From Candidatus Cloacimonadales bacterium (GTDB lineage: Bacteria > Cloacimonadota > Cloacimonadia > Cloacimonadales > JAIOQZ01), in the NCBI GenBank assembly GCA_963665815.1, contig OY762463.1:2080001-2144000 (forward strand): a DNA stretch of 64,000 nucleotides. Reading direction: 5' to 3'. This document shows, piece by piece, positions 1 to 12,800 of this stretch (position 1 is the first letter of the stretch; each line of letters starts with the position of its first letter). Both the position numbers and the translations under genes were made by a program. The notes beneath the pieces are model-generated. The model saw only the letters and a program-made list of their open reading frames with translations, ran no database searches and was not told the origin of the DNA.

Positions 1-1088
1 TCTTTATCAGTTTCAGCGTAGTTTCGATTATCAAACCAGATCCATTCTGCTTTAACTTTTTTCAGATCATTCTCTTGAATTGGATTATCATGAAGCCAGA
101 CCTCTTTCATTTCTCTAAGATTATTGAGCGCATCAAGGTTGTTTACTTTGTTATGATTCAGGTATAGATATCGAAGTTTACTTATATTAGACGCCGGTAA
201 CAAATCAGAAACTCGATTGTTGTTTAAGTCAATGGTTTTCAATATCTTGAGATTTTGAAGACCTGAAATATCTGCTATTCTGTTGAACGGAGCTCTTATT
301 TCCTCAATCTTCAGATTCGAGGCTATCTGAGAAAATGATACAATCTCATTATTGCCTATGTGTAGTATTTCCAAGTTCGGTAAGTCATTAAGGAATGACA
401 AGTCAGCTATATTATTATCACTCAGATATAGTTCTTTAAGTTGAGGAAGGCTTGATAGGAAAGAAACATCTTTCAAGTCGTTTCCAGAAAGATCTAGATA
501 TTCAAGATTAATAAGATTGGTGATGAAGTCAATATCTTGAATATCATTTGCTGCCATAGACAAATGAGTTAACTGAGTTAAATTTCCTAAAGGAGTAAAG
601 TCTTCAGCACAAATTGCATCCAGATAGAGTTGTCGCAAATTATCGCAATCGGAAAGTACCCTAAGATCCATAATTTTACTTCTTGAAAGATTTAAGGAAA
701 CTAATTGATGAATCAGGGGGAAATCTGGTATTCCAGATATAAGGCTACCCTCAAGATTAAGATGCTTTAGATTCTTAAAGTCTTGTAGTTGTAATAAGGA
801 AAATACTTCCGGATAACCTTCATTGTAAGAAAACGTATAATCAAGATTCTCAATTTGTGGTAAACTACTTATTAACTCTAGATCAGGAAGCCCATACTCA
901 ATTAAATAGTTCATGTTAACATCTCGGATAGAGTTCTTGTGGATCAGAAAATCAGATTCATTAAGTATTTCATTACGCAGAATACAAAGATATTCCCTTA
1001 ATTTATTGTTATTCAATGCATTACCGTTTACTGTAAGTGCTAGCATAAGCACAATACAAAACAGATTCATTTTTTTAAATATCATCAT
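1..1088 (-). CDS. Leucine-rich repeat (internalin-like) exported protein, putative immunity protein for the toxin at 1102-2220; runs off the window start
   Basis: Absent from the ORF track because no stop lies in the window. Manual translation from ATG 1088 (RBS AAGGAG) gives MMIFKKMNLFCIVLMLALTVNG, then LRR units such as LEYLDLSGNDLKDVSFLSSLPQLKELYLSDNNIADLSFL. Starts 13 bp after the toxin stop. Confidence 0.85.
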   Translation of the reverse strand, partial: MMIFKKMNLFCIVLMLALTVNGNALNNNKLREYLCILRNEILNESDFLIHKNSIRDVNMNYLIEYGLPDLELISSLPQIENLDYTFSYNEGYPEVFSLLQLQDFKNLKHLNLEGSLISGIPDFPLIHQLVSLNLSRSKIMDLRVLSDCDNLRQLYLDAICAEDFTPLGNLTQLTHLSMAANDIQDIDFITNLINLEYLDLSGNDLKDVSFLSSLPQLKELYLSDNNIADLSFLNDLPNLEILHIGNNEIVSFSQIASNLKIEEIRAPFNRIADISGLQNLKILKTIDLNNNRVSDLLPASNISKLRYLYLNHNKVNNLDALNNLREMKEVWLHDNPIQENDLKKVKAEWIWFDNRNYAETDK

Positions 1089-1101
1089 TTTTGCTCCTTG
1101 A

Positions 1102-2220
1102 TTAAAAACCCCAATTCGTTCTATTTGATGATGGGAAGAAATCTCTACCACAAGGATCAATTCTTAACATTGTCCCATCAGGATATCTCCATGTAGAATC
1201 AAATCCGTAATAGTCTCTATAATAGTTTCCAATACTATATCCCATTTGCCCCATTATGTAATTGCATGATCCAACTGCATCCTGTTCAATAGAGGGGCCT
1301 CCTATACTTTTGTTAAGATCCATTCCTAAATCTTTCAATAAAAATGAATGACCTCCTTTCCTGTCCTGATACTCATGAACCAACTCGTGTGTAAAATTCT
1401 GAAAGGGAGTCTGGGAACTAACTTCACTAAAGGCAGGTATTCTGAAAACTGGTGAGGTAATTATGTGCTCATTGTCCCAGACAATTAAGGACTCATTCCC
1501 ACCATTATAAAAAGATAAGCCTTTATACTTTGTTTCATTTAGAGGAGTTTTCGCGAAATACAAAGTATGGTCATCATAATTAGTTCCCTCCTTCGTAAAA
1601 CTGCTGTTTGTAAGAATCTCATTCCTCATTAAAGTACTAGCCTGACCTGCACAAAATAGATTGAGAGTAAGGCTTTTAGCAACGTCAATTGCAAACTTAA
1701 ACTTTTGCTCCTCGGACTCACCTCCGCAGAATTCAACAATTGCAAATCGGTGGAAAGGATGTTCCCCTTCTTCCGAGTTTGATGATAATCCATATTTTGA
1801 GATGAACTGAGTTGCAGAATCTATTCCAGCATCCGAAAGTTCTGAAACAAACATATCCATCAAATGTTGTAATGTAATAGTATAGTCATCAATACTCAAT
1901 GAGCGATCACTATCTGTATCAGATTTCATTGAACGAATCCTTCTTCTAAGTGCTTCTTTGTCTTTTTCAGACCCATTATACACTCCTTTCACTCTCTTAT
2001 CTTCTCCGTAAATCTTGTTTAATTTTTTAATTGCAGATTCTAAATGCCAATTAGCAAAATACAATATATGTTCATATTCTATATAATCAAAATATGATTC
2101 AAACTCAGCCACATAATCCCAGCCATCGCCACTGGTCTGTATATTGCTTGGTATAAGGAACTTACTGGCATACTTAGCATACTGTTCCTGACGATATGTT
2201 AATGAGAGTGCTCCGTCAAG
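1102..2220 (-). CDS. Orphan RHS C-terminal toxin tip with HExxH zinc-metallopeptidase motif
   Basis: The frame is open from 2220 (LDGALSLTYRQEQYAK, matching LDGAISLSYRQEQYAK of the 3317-aa RHS). Contains FTHELVHEYQD and a downstream EQDAVGSCN. An in-frame TAG at 2221-2223 sits at the hairpin-insertion junction. Confidence 0.8.
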   Translation of the reverse strand, partial: LDGALSLTYRQEQYAKYASKFLIPSNIQTSGDGWDYVAEFESYFDYIEYEHILYFANWHLESAIKKLNKIYGEDKRVKGVYNGSEKDKEALRRRIRSMKSDTDSDRSLSIDDYTITLQHLMDMFVSELSDAGIDSATQFISKYGLSSNSEEGEHPFHRFAIVEFCGGESEEQKFKFAIDVAKSLTLNLFCAGQASTLMRNEILTNSSFTKEGTNYDDHTLYFAKTPLNETKYKGLSFYNGGNESLIVWDNEHIITSPVFRIPAFSEVSSQTPFQNFTHELVHEYQDRKGGHSFLLKDLGMDLNKSIGGPSIEQDAVGSCNYIMGQMGYSIGNYYRDYYGFDSTWRYPDGTMLRIDPCGRDFFPSSNRTNWGF

Positions 2221-2224
2221 CTAT

Positions 2225-2295
2225 GAGCTCGCAGGACGAAGTCCGAGAGTCTCCACTCCGAAGTTCGTAGGATTCCGATCCGAGAACCATAGGAG
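2225..2295 (+). repeat. GNA/GA hairpin element, 2 units
   Basis: GAGCTC-GCA-GGAC-GAA-GTCC-GA-GAGTCTC followed by GTTC-GTA-GGAT-TCCG-ATCC-GA-GAAC. Confidence 0.9.
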
Positions 2296-2380
2296 ACACC
2301 TTATTTATTAGCAGGATTGTTACCGCAATATACATACGGACTGTCAAACTGCTCTGCCGGGTCAAGAGAATGCCAACAAA

Positions 2381-2407
2381 GAGCTCGGAGCCTTAGGCGA
2401 GAGTCTC
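2381..2407 (+). repeat. GNA/GA hairpin element, 1 unit
   Basis: GAGCTC-GGA-GCC-TTA-GGC-GA-GAGTCTC, inserted at the G-R-W codons of the stub. Confidence 0.85.
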
Positions 2408-2507
2408 CCAAAACCTATTTGCGGGTCAAGGAACCGTTTTCCCCAATATATCCAGTTCAAGCCGTGTTCGTCAATAATTTCTCTGTTTTTCAAAACCTGG
2501 AGAAGAT

Positions 2508-2530
2508 AAAGCCTGCACGTGGCAGGCTTT
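2508..2530 (-). terminator. Probable intrinsic terminator after 2535-3815
   Basis: AAAGCCTGC-ACGTG-GCAGGCTTT inverted repeat just past the stop codon. Confidence 0.55.
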
Positions 2531-2534
2531 GGAT

Positions 2535-3815
2535 TTATTGTTTTGTTCTTTTATTCTCGGTGTCAAAGAAAATTGGCACATCGGCAGTATAGATTTTTAC
2601 ATAGCCTTTTCTGGACTTTTTTCTGAACAAATTAAACTTACTGTATTTCTTAAAAATTTTGAATACTTTGGTACCCCTATACTTTGTTGGCACTGGTAAG
2701 TAATAGCGGAGTCTCAAAAATTTCTGTCTAGATTCAATGAGCTCAAAACTTTCCGAATAACAAACTTCCCAATATTCCTCATCTTCAGACAAGAATTTTT
2801 TTTCTCCGATGTATCCCCAATCATACATTGTATTGAATGAGAAATACAAATTACCATAGAGGTCAATATCTATGAGTGATAGATTGTCAACATAGTTAGT
2901 TTTTTCTCTTTTCTCAAAAACAATATTACCATTCAAGTCAATTTTCAATAAATGTAAATGTCCATCATCTCTTCCTCCTCTTGCAGAAAACATGTACAAA
3001 AGGCTATCTGGTCCCATAATGAATTGTGTAAAGTCATTAAAGCAAACAGGTATTACCCTTTCCCATTGCAGTTTTCCATTTTCACAATATTTTCTAATAT
3101 TCCTAAACAAGGATCCATCAACAACCTTGTGTCCGGGTTCAGTAAAAACGGGATAGCTAAAATACAGATTATCATGTTTATCAACAATGATTGATAAGTG
3201 AGAATTTCTAAATCTTGTGAATATAGTATATTGCCACAGCGTGTTCAGTTCATTGTCTAACTTCAATAATATTGTGTCATCATCATCTAATTCCTCATTA
3301 TAGCTGAATCCGGCAATAATGTAATTGCCTTTATTATCTAATTTTACTTCTCCAATCTCTTGAACATTTTCGGTGATGTTTTTAATCCATTTGATATTGA
3401 GCTTGTCATCTGTTTTTAGCAAAACACAGTTTTCGGTCAGGTTATCATAAGTCATTATAACTGTTAATGTATCATTGAGGTTGATAGGACTGCTATAATT
3501 AATACTGAAATAATAACTATCTGAATCAGACCCATCTCTGAAACATTTTATATTAGTTGCATTTTGGGAACGCATAATCAATTTATTGTGTTTCCAACCT
3601 TTATCGAGACTAAGAGTATACTTCATGAGATATTCAGTCTTATACTTTTTTTTACTAACTCCTTCAAGCTTACTGCATATTAATCCTCTATCATCTGCAA
3701 ATAGTACTTTAGCTCCAAAGTTTAGATTAACATTATGTATTTTCTTTTCCAAATCAGTATAGCGCCAGGAAAATAATAGTGATATGATTGAAACTGATAT
3801 GTACAAAGTTTTCAT
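2535..3815 (-). CDS. Exported beta-propeller-like protein, putative cognate immunity protein of the 3317-aa RHS toxin
   Basis: Starts 3 bp after the toxin stop; hydrophobic N-terminus; repeated 'LLKxD.xxN..W' blade-like motifs; AT-rich. Confidence 0.65.
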   Translation of the reverse strand: MKTLYISVSIISLLFSWRYTDLEKKIHNVNLNFGAKVLFADDRGLICSKLEGVSKKKYKTEYLMKYTLSLDKGWKHNKLIMRSQNATNIKCFRDGSDSDSYYFSINYSSPINLNDTLTVIMTYDNLTENCVLLKTDDKLNIKWIKNITENVQEIGEVKLDNKGNYIIAGFSYNEELDDDDTILLKLDNELNTLWQYTIFTRFRNSHLSIIVDKHDNLYFSYPVFTEPGHKVVDGSLFRNIRKYCENGKLQWERVIPVCFNDFTQFIMGPDSLLYMFSARGGRDDGHLHLLKIDLNGNIVFEKREKTNYVDNLSLIDIDLYGNLYFSFNTMYDWGYIGEKKFLSEDEEYWEVCYSESFELIESRQKFLRLRYYLPVPTKYRGTKVFKIFKKYSKFNLFRKKSRKGYVKIYTADVPIFFDTENKRTKQ

Positions 3816-3818
3816 ATA

Positions 3819-6800
3819 TTAGTTTCTCCAATTTTGAAATGGGTTACCATAAATATCTCCTCTATAATAATGTTCATATATTTGATGTACAGTATGAGAT
3901 GTTCTAAGATCATAATTACTACCAAGATCATGCTTTCTATAAATATCATTGTGTTTTATATTTGAGTTCTTAATATTAAGCATTATCTGATTTGAGTTAA
4001 GCATTGCATATTGCTCTTTTTTATCCCCTGTACTGAATATGCCGAATACAGGCTTGTGTTTTTCTCTATCTACTATATAAAAATTAGTCTTTCTGTTAAA
4101 TGTATACCAGTGACCTGATTTCCATATATTAGATCTATCAGCATTGCCAGTTAAATCCTGAATATGTGAAAGCTCATGAGTAACAGTTCTTACGTTTGAA
4201 AGAACTTTTCCAGCAGATGTATACGTATTATGAAAGTCTAAGCTAAGATCGAACATGTTATCATCTCCATTAGGTCTAACACAGTTAATTGTACTTGCAG
4301 CGTTTTTCCCTAAACTGGCGTCATGAAGAGTGATAATACTTCCTTTAGCAAGAGCACCAAAAATATCATTCAGAAGTTTTTTCCCTTCTGGTCCTCCTTC
4401 TCCTGCAATTGTTCCAATGCTGTCAACAAAATCGTCAACGAATTCTGCACTATATTGTGCATTGAAATCAAGAAAAAGCAGAGCAAAATCGTCCGCAGTA
4501 TATGCTGTTCCATCTTCCTTTTTAAATCCTTCTTCCTCTAAACGATTTGCTAAGTCAGCGTGTAGTTTTTCCATCTTATCTTTTGACGTTGTACTTGTAT
4601 CTGCAGTTCCATTTCTCCAACCTAGGTTTCTTTTATCAACGAGTGAAAATTCATCATCATAAGATTTCTTTGCTTCCTGCTCAGCCCAAAACAATTTCTC
4701 TTCAATCTGTTCTCTCCTTACAGAAGCACTCCATTCTACATAGCCACCACAGGCATCAATTTCATAATTCAGCATCTGCAATTCAAAATTTTGTGCATAA
4801 TTCCAATCATCCTCAGCATTTAATGACATTCCCCTAAACCCCCGGTACAAACTCTGTAATTTAGCATACTGCTCCTGACGATATGATAATGAGATTGCTC
4901 CGTCAAGCTCTACAAAGTTTGCAGGATTGTTACCGCAATATACATACGGACTGTCAAACTGCTCTGCCGGGTCTAATGAGTGCCACCTACCTATTTGCGG
5001 GTCAAGGAACCGTTTTCCCCAATATATCCAGTTCAAGCCGTGTTCGTCAATAATTTCTCTGTTTTTTCCAATAAATCTGTACTCCGTACTCTGACTGCAG
5101 AGCATCGGTACTTTCATACCAAACGGATAGAATGTGTTATTCTGGATTACCAAAGCAGTACCGTCAGTATTCTCGGTAAACACTACCCGGATATTGCCAA
5201 GGTGGTCTTTAAGTTCATATTCGTATCGCCACTGCTGTTCTCCGACCTGAGCTGTAAAGTCTCTTACCTGCCTTCCGAAAGATGTGTTAATTACAATCTC
5301 ATCCTCAGAAGCAGTGTCTTCTGCATAGTGAGTATATACAAGACCGTTCACATAGTTAACTTTCTGGGTTACTCTGTCGTCTGCTGTAACTATCTTCTGC
5401 AGTCTTTCTCCTGTTGCAGAATACACAAAGCGGATTCTGTTCTTCATATCGTCCGCATCATCCGTGCGCTTAATCATCAGTTCCGGCAGATTAAACAGAT
5501 TGTAGCGGATATCAAATCCCTTGTTCCTGTCTTTAATCATGTTACCGTTTGAGTCGTACAGATATTCGTCTTCCGTACTGCTGCTGAAACCGTCAATAAA
5601 GCCTGTTCCTGTTATGGAAGCATTGTCTGTAACACCAATAAGCCTGTTGCCGCTGTAGGAGTAGGTGAGATCATCTATAGACTGTCTTACACCGTTTTCG
5701 TCCCGAGCAAAACGTCTTAAGCTCTGAATATTGCCATTCTCATCATAGTGCATATTCTCTATGCCGAAGTAGTTGTTTGTATCCCAGGTACTACCGTTCA
5801 AATAAGTGAAATCAGCCTTTTTCATCCTGCCAACACTGTCATAGGAATAAACGTAAGCCATTTTGGAGTAATACTTATCATTCGAGAGTCCCGGCAGCCC
5901 AAAGTTGTCTGCGGTATTCCAGATCACCGCATTAACTCTTCCATCGTGGAAGATATGATCACTGAACGGTTCCATATAGCTTGTAAGCTTTTCACGCATA
6001 ATCTGCATACCAAACAGGTCGGTACCTGTCAACCGCGGATTGTTTATCATTTCCAGTCTGCCGAGATAGTCATATTTAAAGTTAACTGTCTGCAGACCTC
6101 TTTCCTGAAAGTCATAATGGTGTATTCGGGAGAAATCCGTATTAAACGCATCTGTAATAACGGTATCATGAACATGCTTATTAACTGCCGAAACACGACC
6201 GAACTCATCATAATCATATTCTTCTGCCAGAATCTCTTCATCGTTATCAATCTTACAATATGATTTCAGTAGATTTCCAGTTCTGTTGTACACAAATGTC
6301 TTTCTGGTTTCAATATAGGTGTTTTCCACCTGCTGAACCTGCATGGATTTTGTAAGCTGACCGGCCCAGTTATACTCGTTGGTAACTGTCTGCATTCCTG
6401 CCAGATTGTTGTTCTGCGTGTGGATTACCTGTCCTTTCTTATCATAGAATATCACATCTTCAATCCAGCCTGTTCCAAAATATGTCATATCGATATCGGT
6501 TCCAATATCGGCAATCTGTTCTCCGAACATCTCAAAACCAGGACCAATATCTATGGATGATCCTTCGATAATGAATTTCTTGTCAAATGGACAAATATCG
6601 TATATGCCTTCAGGGTACTCACCCAGCTCCATTACTCTTACTTTTGTCATTGTAATTTGACCGGAAGGATATTTGAGGGCATTTCCCGTGTCAAGCTGCT
6701 GAACGGGAGTGAATGTATTGTCGTCAGTTCCGTTTCTGTCACAATCATAGTTATCGTAGTAATTAACACTCCAGATAAAGCAGTTATTGATGTCCGGGAA

Positions 6801-9800
6801 CATATAGTTTGTATATCCCTGCTGGATAACAAAGTTTATCCCTGAAGGAACTTCGTACATATCACCAGTATAGCTGTCGCAATAATTCTGCAGACTGTCT
6901 CTGGAAAGCTTATCGGGATTTTTGAATATACCGGACAATATTGTTCTGCCGTATTGATCATACTTGGAGAATGACCAGTAATCCATTTCTCTCAGTCTGT
7001 TATCCTGTTTCAGAACTATTCTGCCGTAACGGTCATAGACAACGTCGATTCTCAGATTTCCGGGAAGAGTTTTGCTTATCTGTCTGTTTTTCTCATCGTA
7101 GCGGAATGTAGTCATATACATTTCCTGCTGAGCCTGTGTAATCTCGGTTGCACCGGATAGACTGAGAATCTGAGATAATGCAGGGGATATTTCTCCGCAT
7201 AAACGCCCATATTCATCATATATGTAGCTTCTCTCAAGAATTGCACTGCTGGTAAAGGTAGTCTTGGAAATAAGCCTGCCAATTCTATCTTTCTGAATAA
7301 CGACTCCGTTATTATCTTTGTCAATAGTATTTGAATATGAAAGTTCATCAGGTTCGAACAGTCTTGATTTTACAAATGAACTGTCACCTTTGGTCCATCC
7401 CATACTGCAGTTGCTCTGAGTTCCATAATATCTATTTACATAGTATTCACTGATGGATAATGTAGGTTTTTCTGATCTTGTAACTCGCATTCGCAAAGAT
7501 TTTTCATACTCGAAATTCGATGAGTAGTTTATCGCATTGTAGTAATTATCATAACAAGGCTGTACGCAATTATCTTTTACAAACCTGCCATTGAAGTATG
7601 AAATTGGAACAGGTGGATATTTTTCTTTTTCCACTCCATTAAGATCATAAACATGTTTTTGAAGAATATGTTTTGTATCATCTTCCATGTTATATTTAAC
7701 TGATTGTGTTTTTTTACCGTAACATGTCATAAACTCAAAGCTTAGTGACGGATTAACAAGATATGCAATATTATCAATTCCGGTGTTTTGTCCGGTAATT
7801 ATAAAACCTGTTATGTCACAATTATAGTCTGCCTTGTTAAGCTCTACATCTGCATTAATACATGTACCGTCAATATACAGGTCAATCATGTCATAAGCCG
7901 TACTGGAATCAGTTTTTCTGATCACGAACATATAATGGTGCCATTCATCCGCAGGCAGGTTAACTCTATATGGAACGCTGGTTTCTCCGCTGTACCAGAG
8001 AATTTCATTGTTTGCAGTTCTGCTTATCTTCTGACCGGGACCGTTATAAATGACTTCAACAGCATCTGTATTATTTTCACCTCCGAGTGTCGCTTCGAAT
8101 TCGATTATCAGATTTTTGTTAACAGTACTGAAATTCCTGTGCAGCAGTCCTATGTTTTCTACCGAGGAGCCATGCAGGTATTTCCTTAATGAGTCTATTT
8201 CCGGAGTACCATCAATATACCAGTCTTCCGTCCATTTATTCTGGTCGAAAGATTCGTAGAAACCTTTGTCCAGAGTGGAAGCGGAGATACCTAAATTTTT
8301 ATTCAATTCAGCGTATACTAAACTTGGATTGGAACAACCTGCAGGAACGTATATCTGGGTGTTCTTTGTTTGATTCATAAAGACATTTGTTGATGAATAA
8401 GGAACACCATCTGTGTCCAGAGTATGACACTTTTCATCAAGATAATTGTACGTTGTATATGTAATGTGATTATGTGAGTTGGTTGTAGATGTGTGTCTGC
8501 TAAGCACATTATCACTAGTGTAAGATGATAGTCTGGCATCAACAGGAGCAATTCTCAGGTTATCAAGCAACTGATAATCGCCCTCGCTTGCCTGATCAAG
8601 TCCTATTTCAATAGTCACATACGTATTTTCTAAAGGGCAACTCTGGTTATCATGAGTATAGAAAAACTCTTTCAGTTCCCACTCCAGTTCCGATATTGGT
8701 GATGAATTGAAACTTGCAGTCACACTACCTGTATACGTATCCGTTAATATTAACTCTATATCTTTGTCAGATGCAGTATTATGTTTTTTCTGCCAGTAAG
8801 AAATCTTGTATGTTTTACCATAATAGAAATTCATCTTAAAGAGATTTCCTGTATGACTTACTTTCATTGATTTCTCTCCGGTCTTACCGGATCCATATTC
8901 TATTTCAAAAGGGCTTCCAGTCAGCATATATGGTGTATGATCAATAACCAGATTGTCCGGATACTCAAAACTCTCAGCAAGGACTTCTTCCGGTTCACAT
9001 ACTTGAGACGTAAACAGAGGCAGTCCGTTTTCCTGATTATAGAATATATTAGATTTAATATGATTATCTCCAATTTGGCTGACAGGCCTCATATGTTCAT
9101 CATACTCCAGGATTAAACTCTTTCTGTGCCAGTCACCGCAGAATTCCGGGTAATTGGAAGGTATGGATGGCAAATATGACAGTGCGTCAGGATCACCTTT
9201 ATACTTGTAAGTAGCTTTTATAGCCCACTTTCCGTCAAACAAATCCCAGGCAATAAATGAGTCAGAAGTAATTCTGTTGTCTGTTTTGGTTGTAATCTGT
9301 ACAATGGAATTGGAAATCGGAGCACCGGGGTCGCTATACACTTCGTCCCAGTATCTGTTTGAAACAATGACTGTCGGATAACCGGTTCTGTATTTCTCAA
9401 CTTGTGTAAGTCTTCCGTTAGTTTCATCGTATCTGTACATAGATGTTTCAGGATAACCATCAACAGTAGATATTTTCTTGTGTAATACAATTTTTTTTCT
9501 TCCATCAATATAAAGTAATCGGTAGAAGTTCTGAGTTTCCGAGAATAAATTGTCATCATCATCGTAGACAAGAGAGTGCATCTTTTTTCCTCTCAGCAGG
9601 TCTTTTCTGTGCAGGGAATCTACAAGTGAAGCTGATGGAAAATTCTCATATCCATTGTAGTATCTTGTCAGAACATACCCAAGATCATCATTAACCTGCT
9701 TTTTTACTTCGCAGTAAGAAGCGTTTGTTCCCATAACATTCATCTTGGCAGTGTCGCAATTGTAATCGTAGGTGATTTTCTTTACACGCACTGAGTTGTT

Positions 9801-12800
9801 ATCATATAAATAGATACTTGCAACAGCAATATCTTTCTGGAGGTTACTAATTCCATTCTCGTCCACAACAATATCCGGCATATCCATATTCGTTAGTCTG
9901 GTAATCCAGAGAGAATCATTGCCAAATCTTTTTCCATCATCCTGAAGAATCGTGTCAAAATAAAACTCTCTCAGTACAGCATTTTCAGGTGTACCATCAA
10001 GGTCCCAGATAAATTTATCAGATGAGTTGCTGAACAATATGCTTCTTACAATATCCTCATTCCTGATAAATCCTATTTTTGTTCTGTCACCGGGAGTGTT
10101 TGCATCAATCAGAAAATGATTATTACTTGTGTGCGACAATTTAACGCCAATATCAAAATAATCGTTGAATGTAAGGTCGTAAATTGTGTTATATTTTTCG
10201 TTTAATACTCTGTTAGGGTGTTCTTCTTCATCCTCTGGGAAGGTCGAACTACTCAGAATATCAGCCCAGTTAATAACATGAACTCCTTTCCAGAGTCCAT
10301 ATCTGTTATGAAAAGCAATTCTGCTGAAAGAATCATAACTATTTAGATCGTAATCATTTATAGTTATATGATTAGATGCATTGGCTATTGCACCTATCCT
10401 CCCGGTCTTGTTTTTAAACGAACTATATGCCCCAAATTGACCTACATTCGTAGAAGGCCAGTATTGAATATCAGAACTATCATCTTGAGCGTCTAACCAA
10501 TTCTGATGAAAATCAGGAAACATTGATATAGGGTTATTGGGATCAATATTATATGTTCGGTTAAAAAGATGATCTACATCTCCCCAAAAGAATGTATAAC
10601 CAATTGAAAATGACTTATCATTTATCATGAACTGATGGGGAACTTCCTTTTCGGTATATCTTTGACCAAACAACCAGCTATCCTGAGATCTATGCTGTAC
10701 ACTGCAATTATAGTTTATTCCAAAGGATTGTGTATATTCTCTAATTCCTTTATCAAGATAGTAATTCTCTACGGATGTAATAACAAAATCATTAGTAGCA
10801 TAAGTTATAGCAGGACCAGCCAAATCACTTATTTTCATATTGTAACGTCCTGAAGCAATAATATTATCCTCGTCTTCAACAAGATCAACAATTCTTCTGA
10901 AAGTAGCATAGTTCCCATTTGCTGGAATCTTATATTTACCGGTAAGAACAACATAATTGGTTCCTGGCGTTAAGGTTAATTCTATACAGTCAGTTGCTGT
11001 TAAGTGTGATCCATAAACACAATACTCACTCACTTCAGGGAAAAGAGCCTGAATATCAGTTCCTCCTCCTGTTCCAATTGCAGTGCTATGAATACCATTA
11101 AACAACTGAACTTTGACAAACTCCCCACAACTATTTCTTCTGAGAACTAAAGGATTTGCGTAGAAATATTCAGTATCGGTTGCTGCTGGGTTACTTGGAT
11201 CTTTAAATCTGGTCATGATGCCATAAAAATCAGGTTCAGCAACTAACTCATAATTTGATATATAATAATTAGAATAAGTTGTAGGCTTTAACTGCCAAGA
11301 GTTGTTTTCCTCATTCCAGATATAAAGTTTATGGAAATTCCAGTCATCCTGAAAGAAGACAAAATAGTCATCACCAGAACCACAAACGAGTTTTCCCGGA
11401 ACTTCCAGACTGTCTACCAGTTCCTGTGTAATTTGATAATTGTTTAGATTTATATCGAAACTAAGTCCTCCCGTATCTTCTGAACTATCATAGCCGATAC
11501 TGAGCTTATCCCAAGTATCAGTTCCTGTATTCTTGTGATAAGCAACTGCATACCTATCTTCATTACGATCGGTAATTTCTACCGGATCATCCTCTTCTGC
11601 AATTGATTGCCCATTCACCCTCATTAGAAAGAAGTCTGGATTCAGGTCAAAAGAAATATCCGGATAATAGTGAACCATGTTAGGTTGAGGATCAAAATCG
11701 AAATAGGGTTTACCTGAGTAAAATGATTTGTAGAAATTGATACTATCTTCATCCGAACTGCAAGTTGTAAACTCCTTGGGGAATTCAGTAAACACCGACT
11801 GAGGATCTTTTCTAACGCCATAAAATATTCTTAAACCATAATGGTAAATACTGTCCGTTAGAGAATAGGTAACTACTGGTCGATTTGGTGTTGTGCAAAT
11901 CGAATCACCATTAAAATTACTTATACAATATTCGAAGCTATAGTGGTAATAATTGTATTTATCAATCGTATCACCCTCAACAACAATATAGTTGTATTCA
12001 CTATCATCAAAAATGTAATTAGTCAATGCAGCTTCACTCCAAAGAGAATCAACTTCATTTTCAGGACTGTCAGTATAAATTATTTCATCTATATACTCAC
12101 TCTCCCATTTATATTGAGCAAAATATCCTGAATTAATACATGTTCCATTTTTCAAATATATATTATCCTCAGATTTATATCTCCTGTTTGATTTCTTTTT
12201 CCAGTTTGCAATATACACTTCATCAAGGAAAGTAGTCTTCCAGTAGCCATCCCATTCATAAAGTGTCAAATGCATATATCTGTCTGAACTTACCCAGCCA
12301 ATAATCCCATAATCCGAATAGAACCACGACAAATAGTATCCGTAATCTCTTTCCGGATTTTCTGTGGAGACAGGTCTTGTAATCATCAATGTTTTCTGAC
12401 TGTTAGTTATTGTATTCACCTTATAGTTATAATCTATTGATGCTCCCATCTTATTCGAAATGCTTCTAAGTAGACCAGGCATAACAGACTGTCCACCATC
12501 GCTTTGAATGGTAGCGGATGACTGATAGTATTCAAAATCAAGGTAAGACTTTTCTGCATTTCTTGAGCTGAAACTGCTTATTTTTGTAAGATATCTTTTC
12601 TTAAGCTCATTATCAAGCTTATTATAGTTTTCAGCAGCATAATTGTTTATAGCTGCAATAGCAGCATCTGGGTAGCTGTCATAAGTGGACAACTCCGGGT
12701 TAGTTGTCATGCTGTATGCTGAAAGATAAGAGTATAGATTATATGAATTGAGTTGATACTCAAATCTGATTGTATTCATAACCAAATCGTTTTTCTGAAC

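Larger units (their letters stand above)
2174..2491 (-). pseudogene. RHS-core stub, near-identical to about 4861-5067, disrupted by two hairpin insertions
   Basis: Direct nucleotide match to the REIIDEHGLNWIYWGKRFLDPQIG..DPAEQFDSPYVYCGNNPA coding region of the 3317-aa gene. Confidence 0.9.

Noticed and set aside
2174-5067. Near-identical stub and parent pair as a DGR template/variable repeat
   Set aside because: No reverse transcriptase in the window, and the differences are insertions and mixed substitutions, not adenine-specific.
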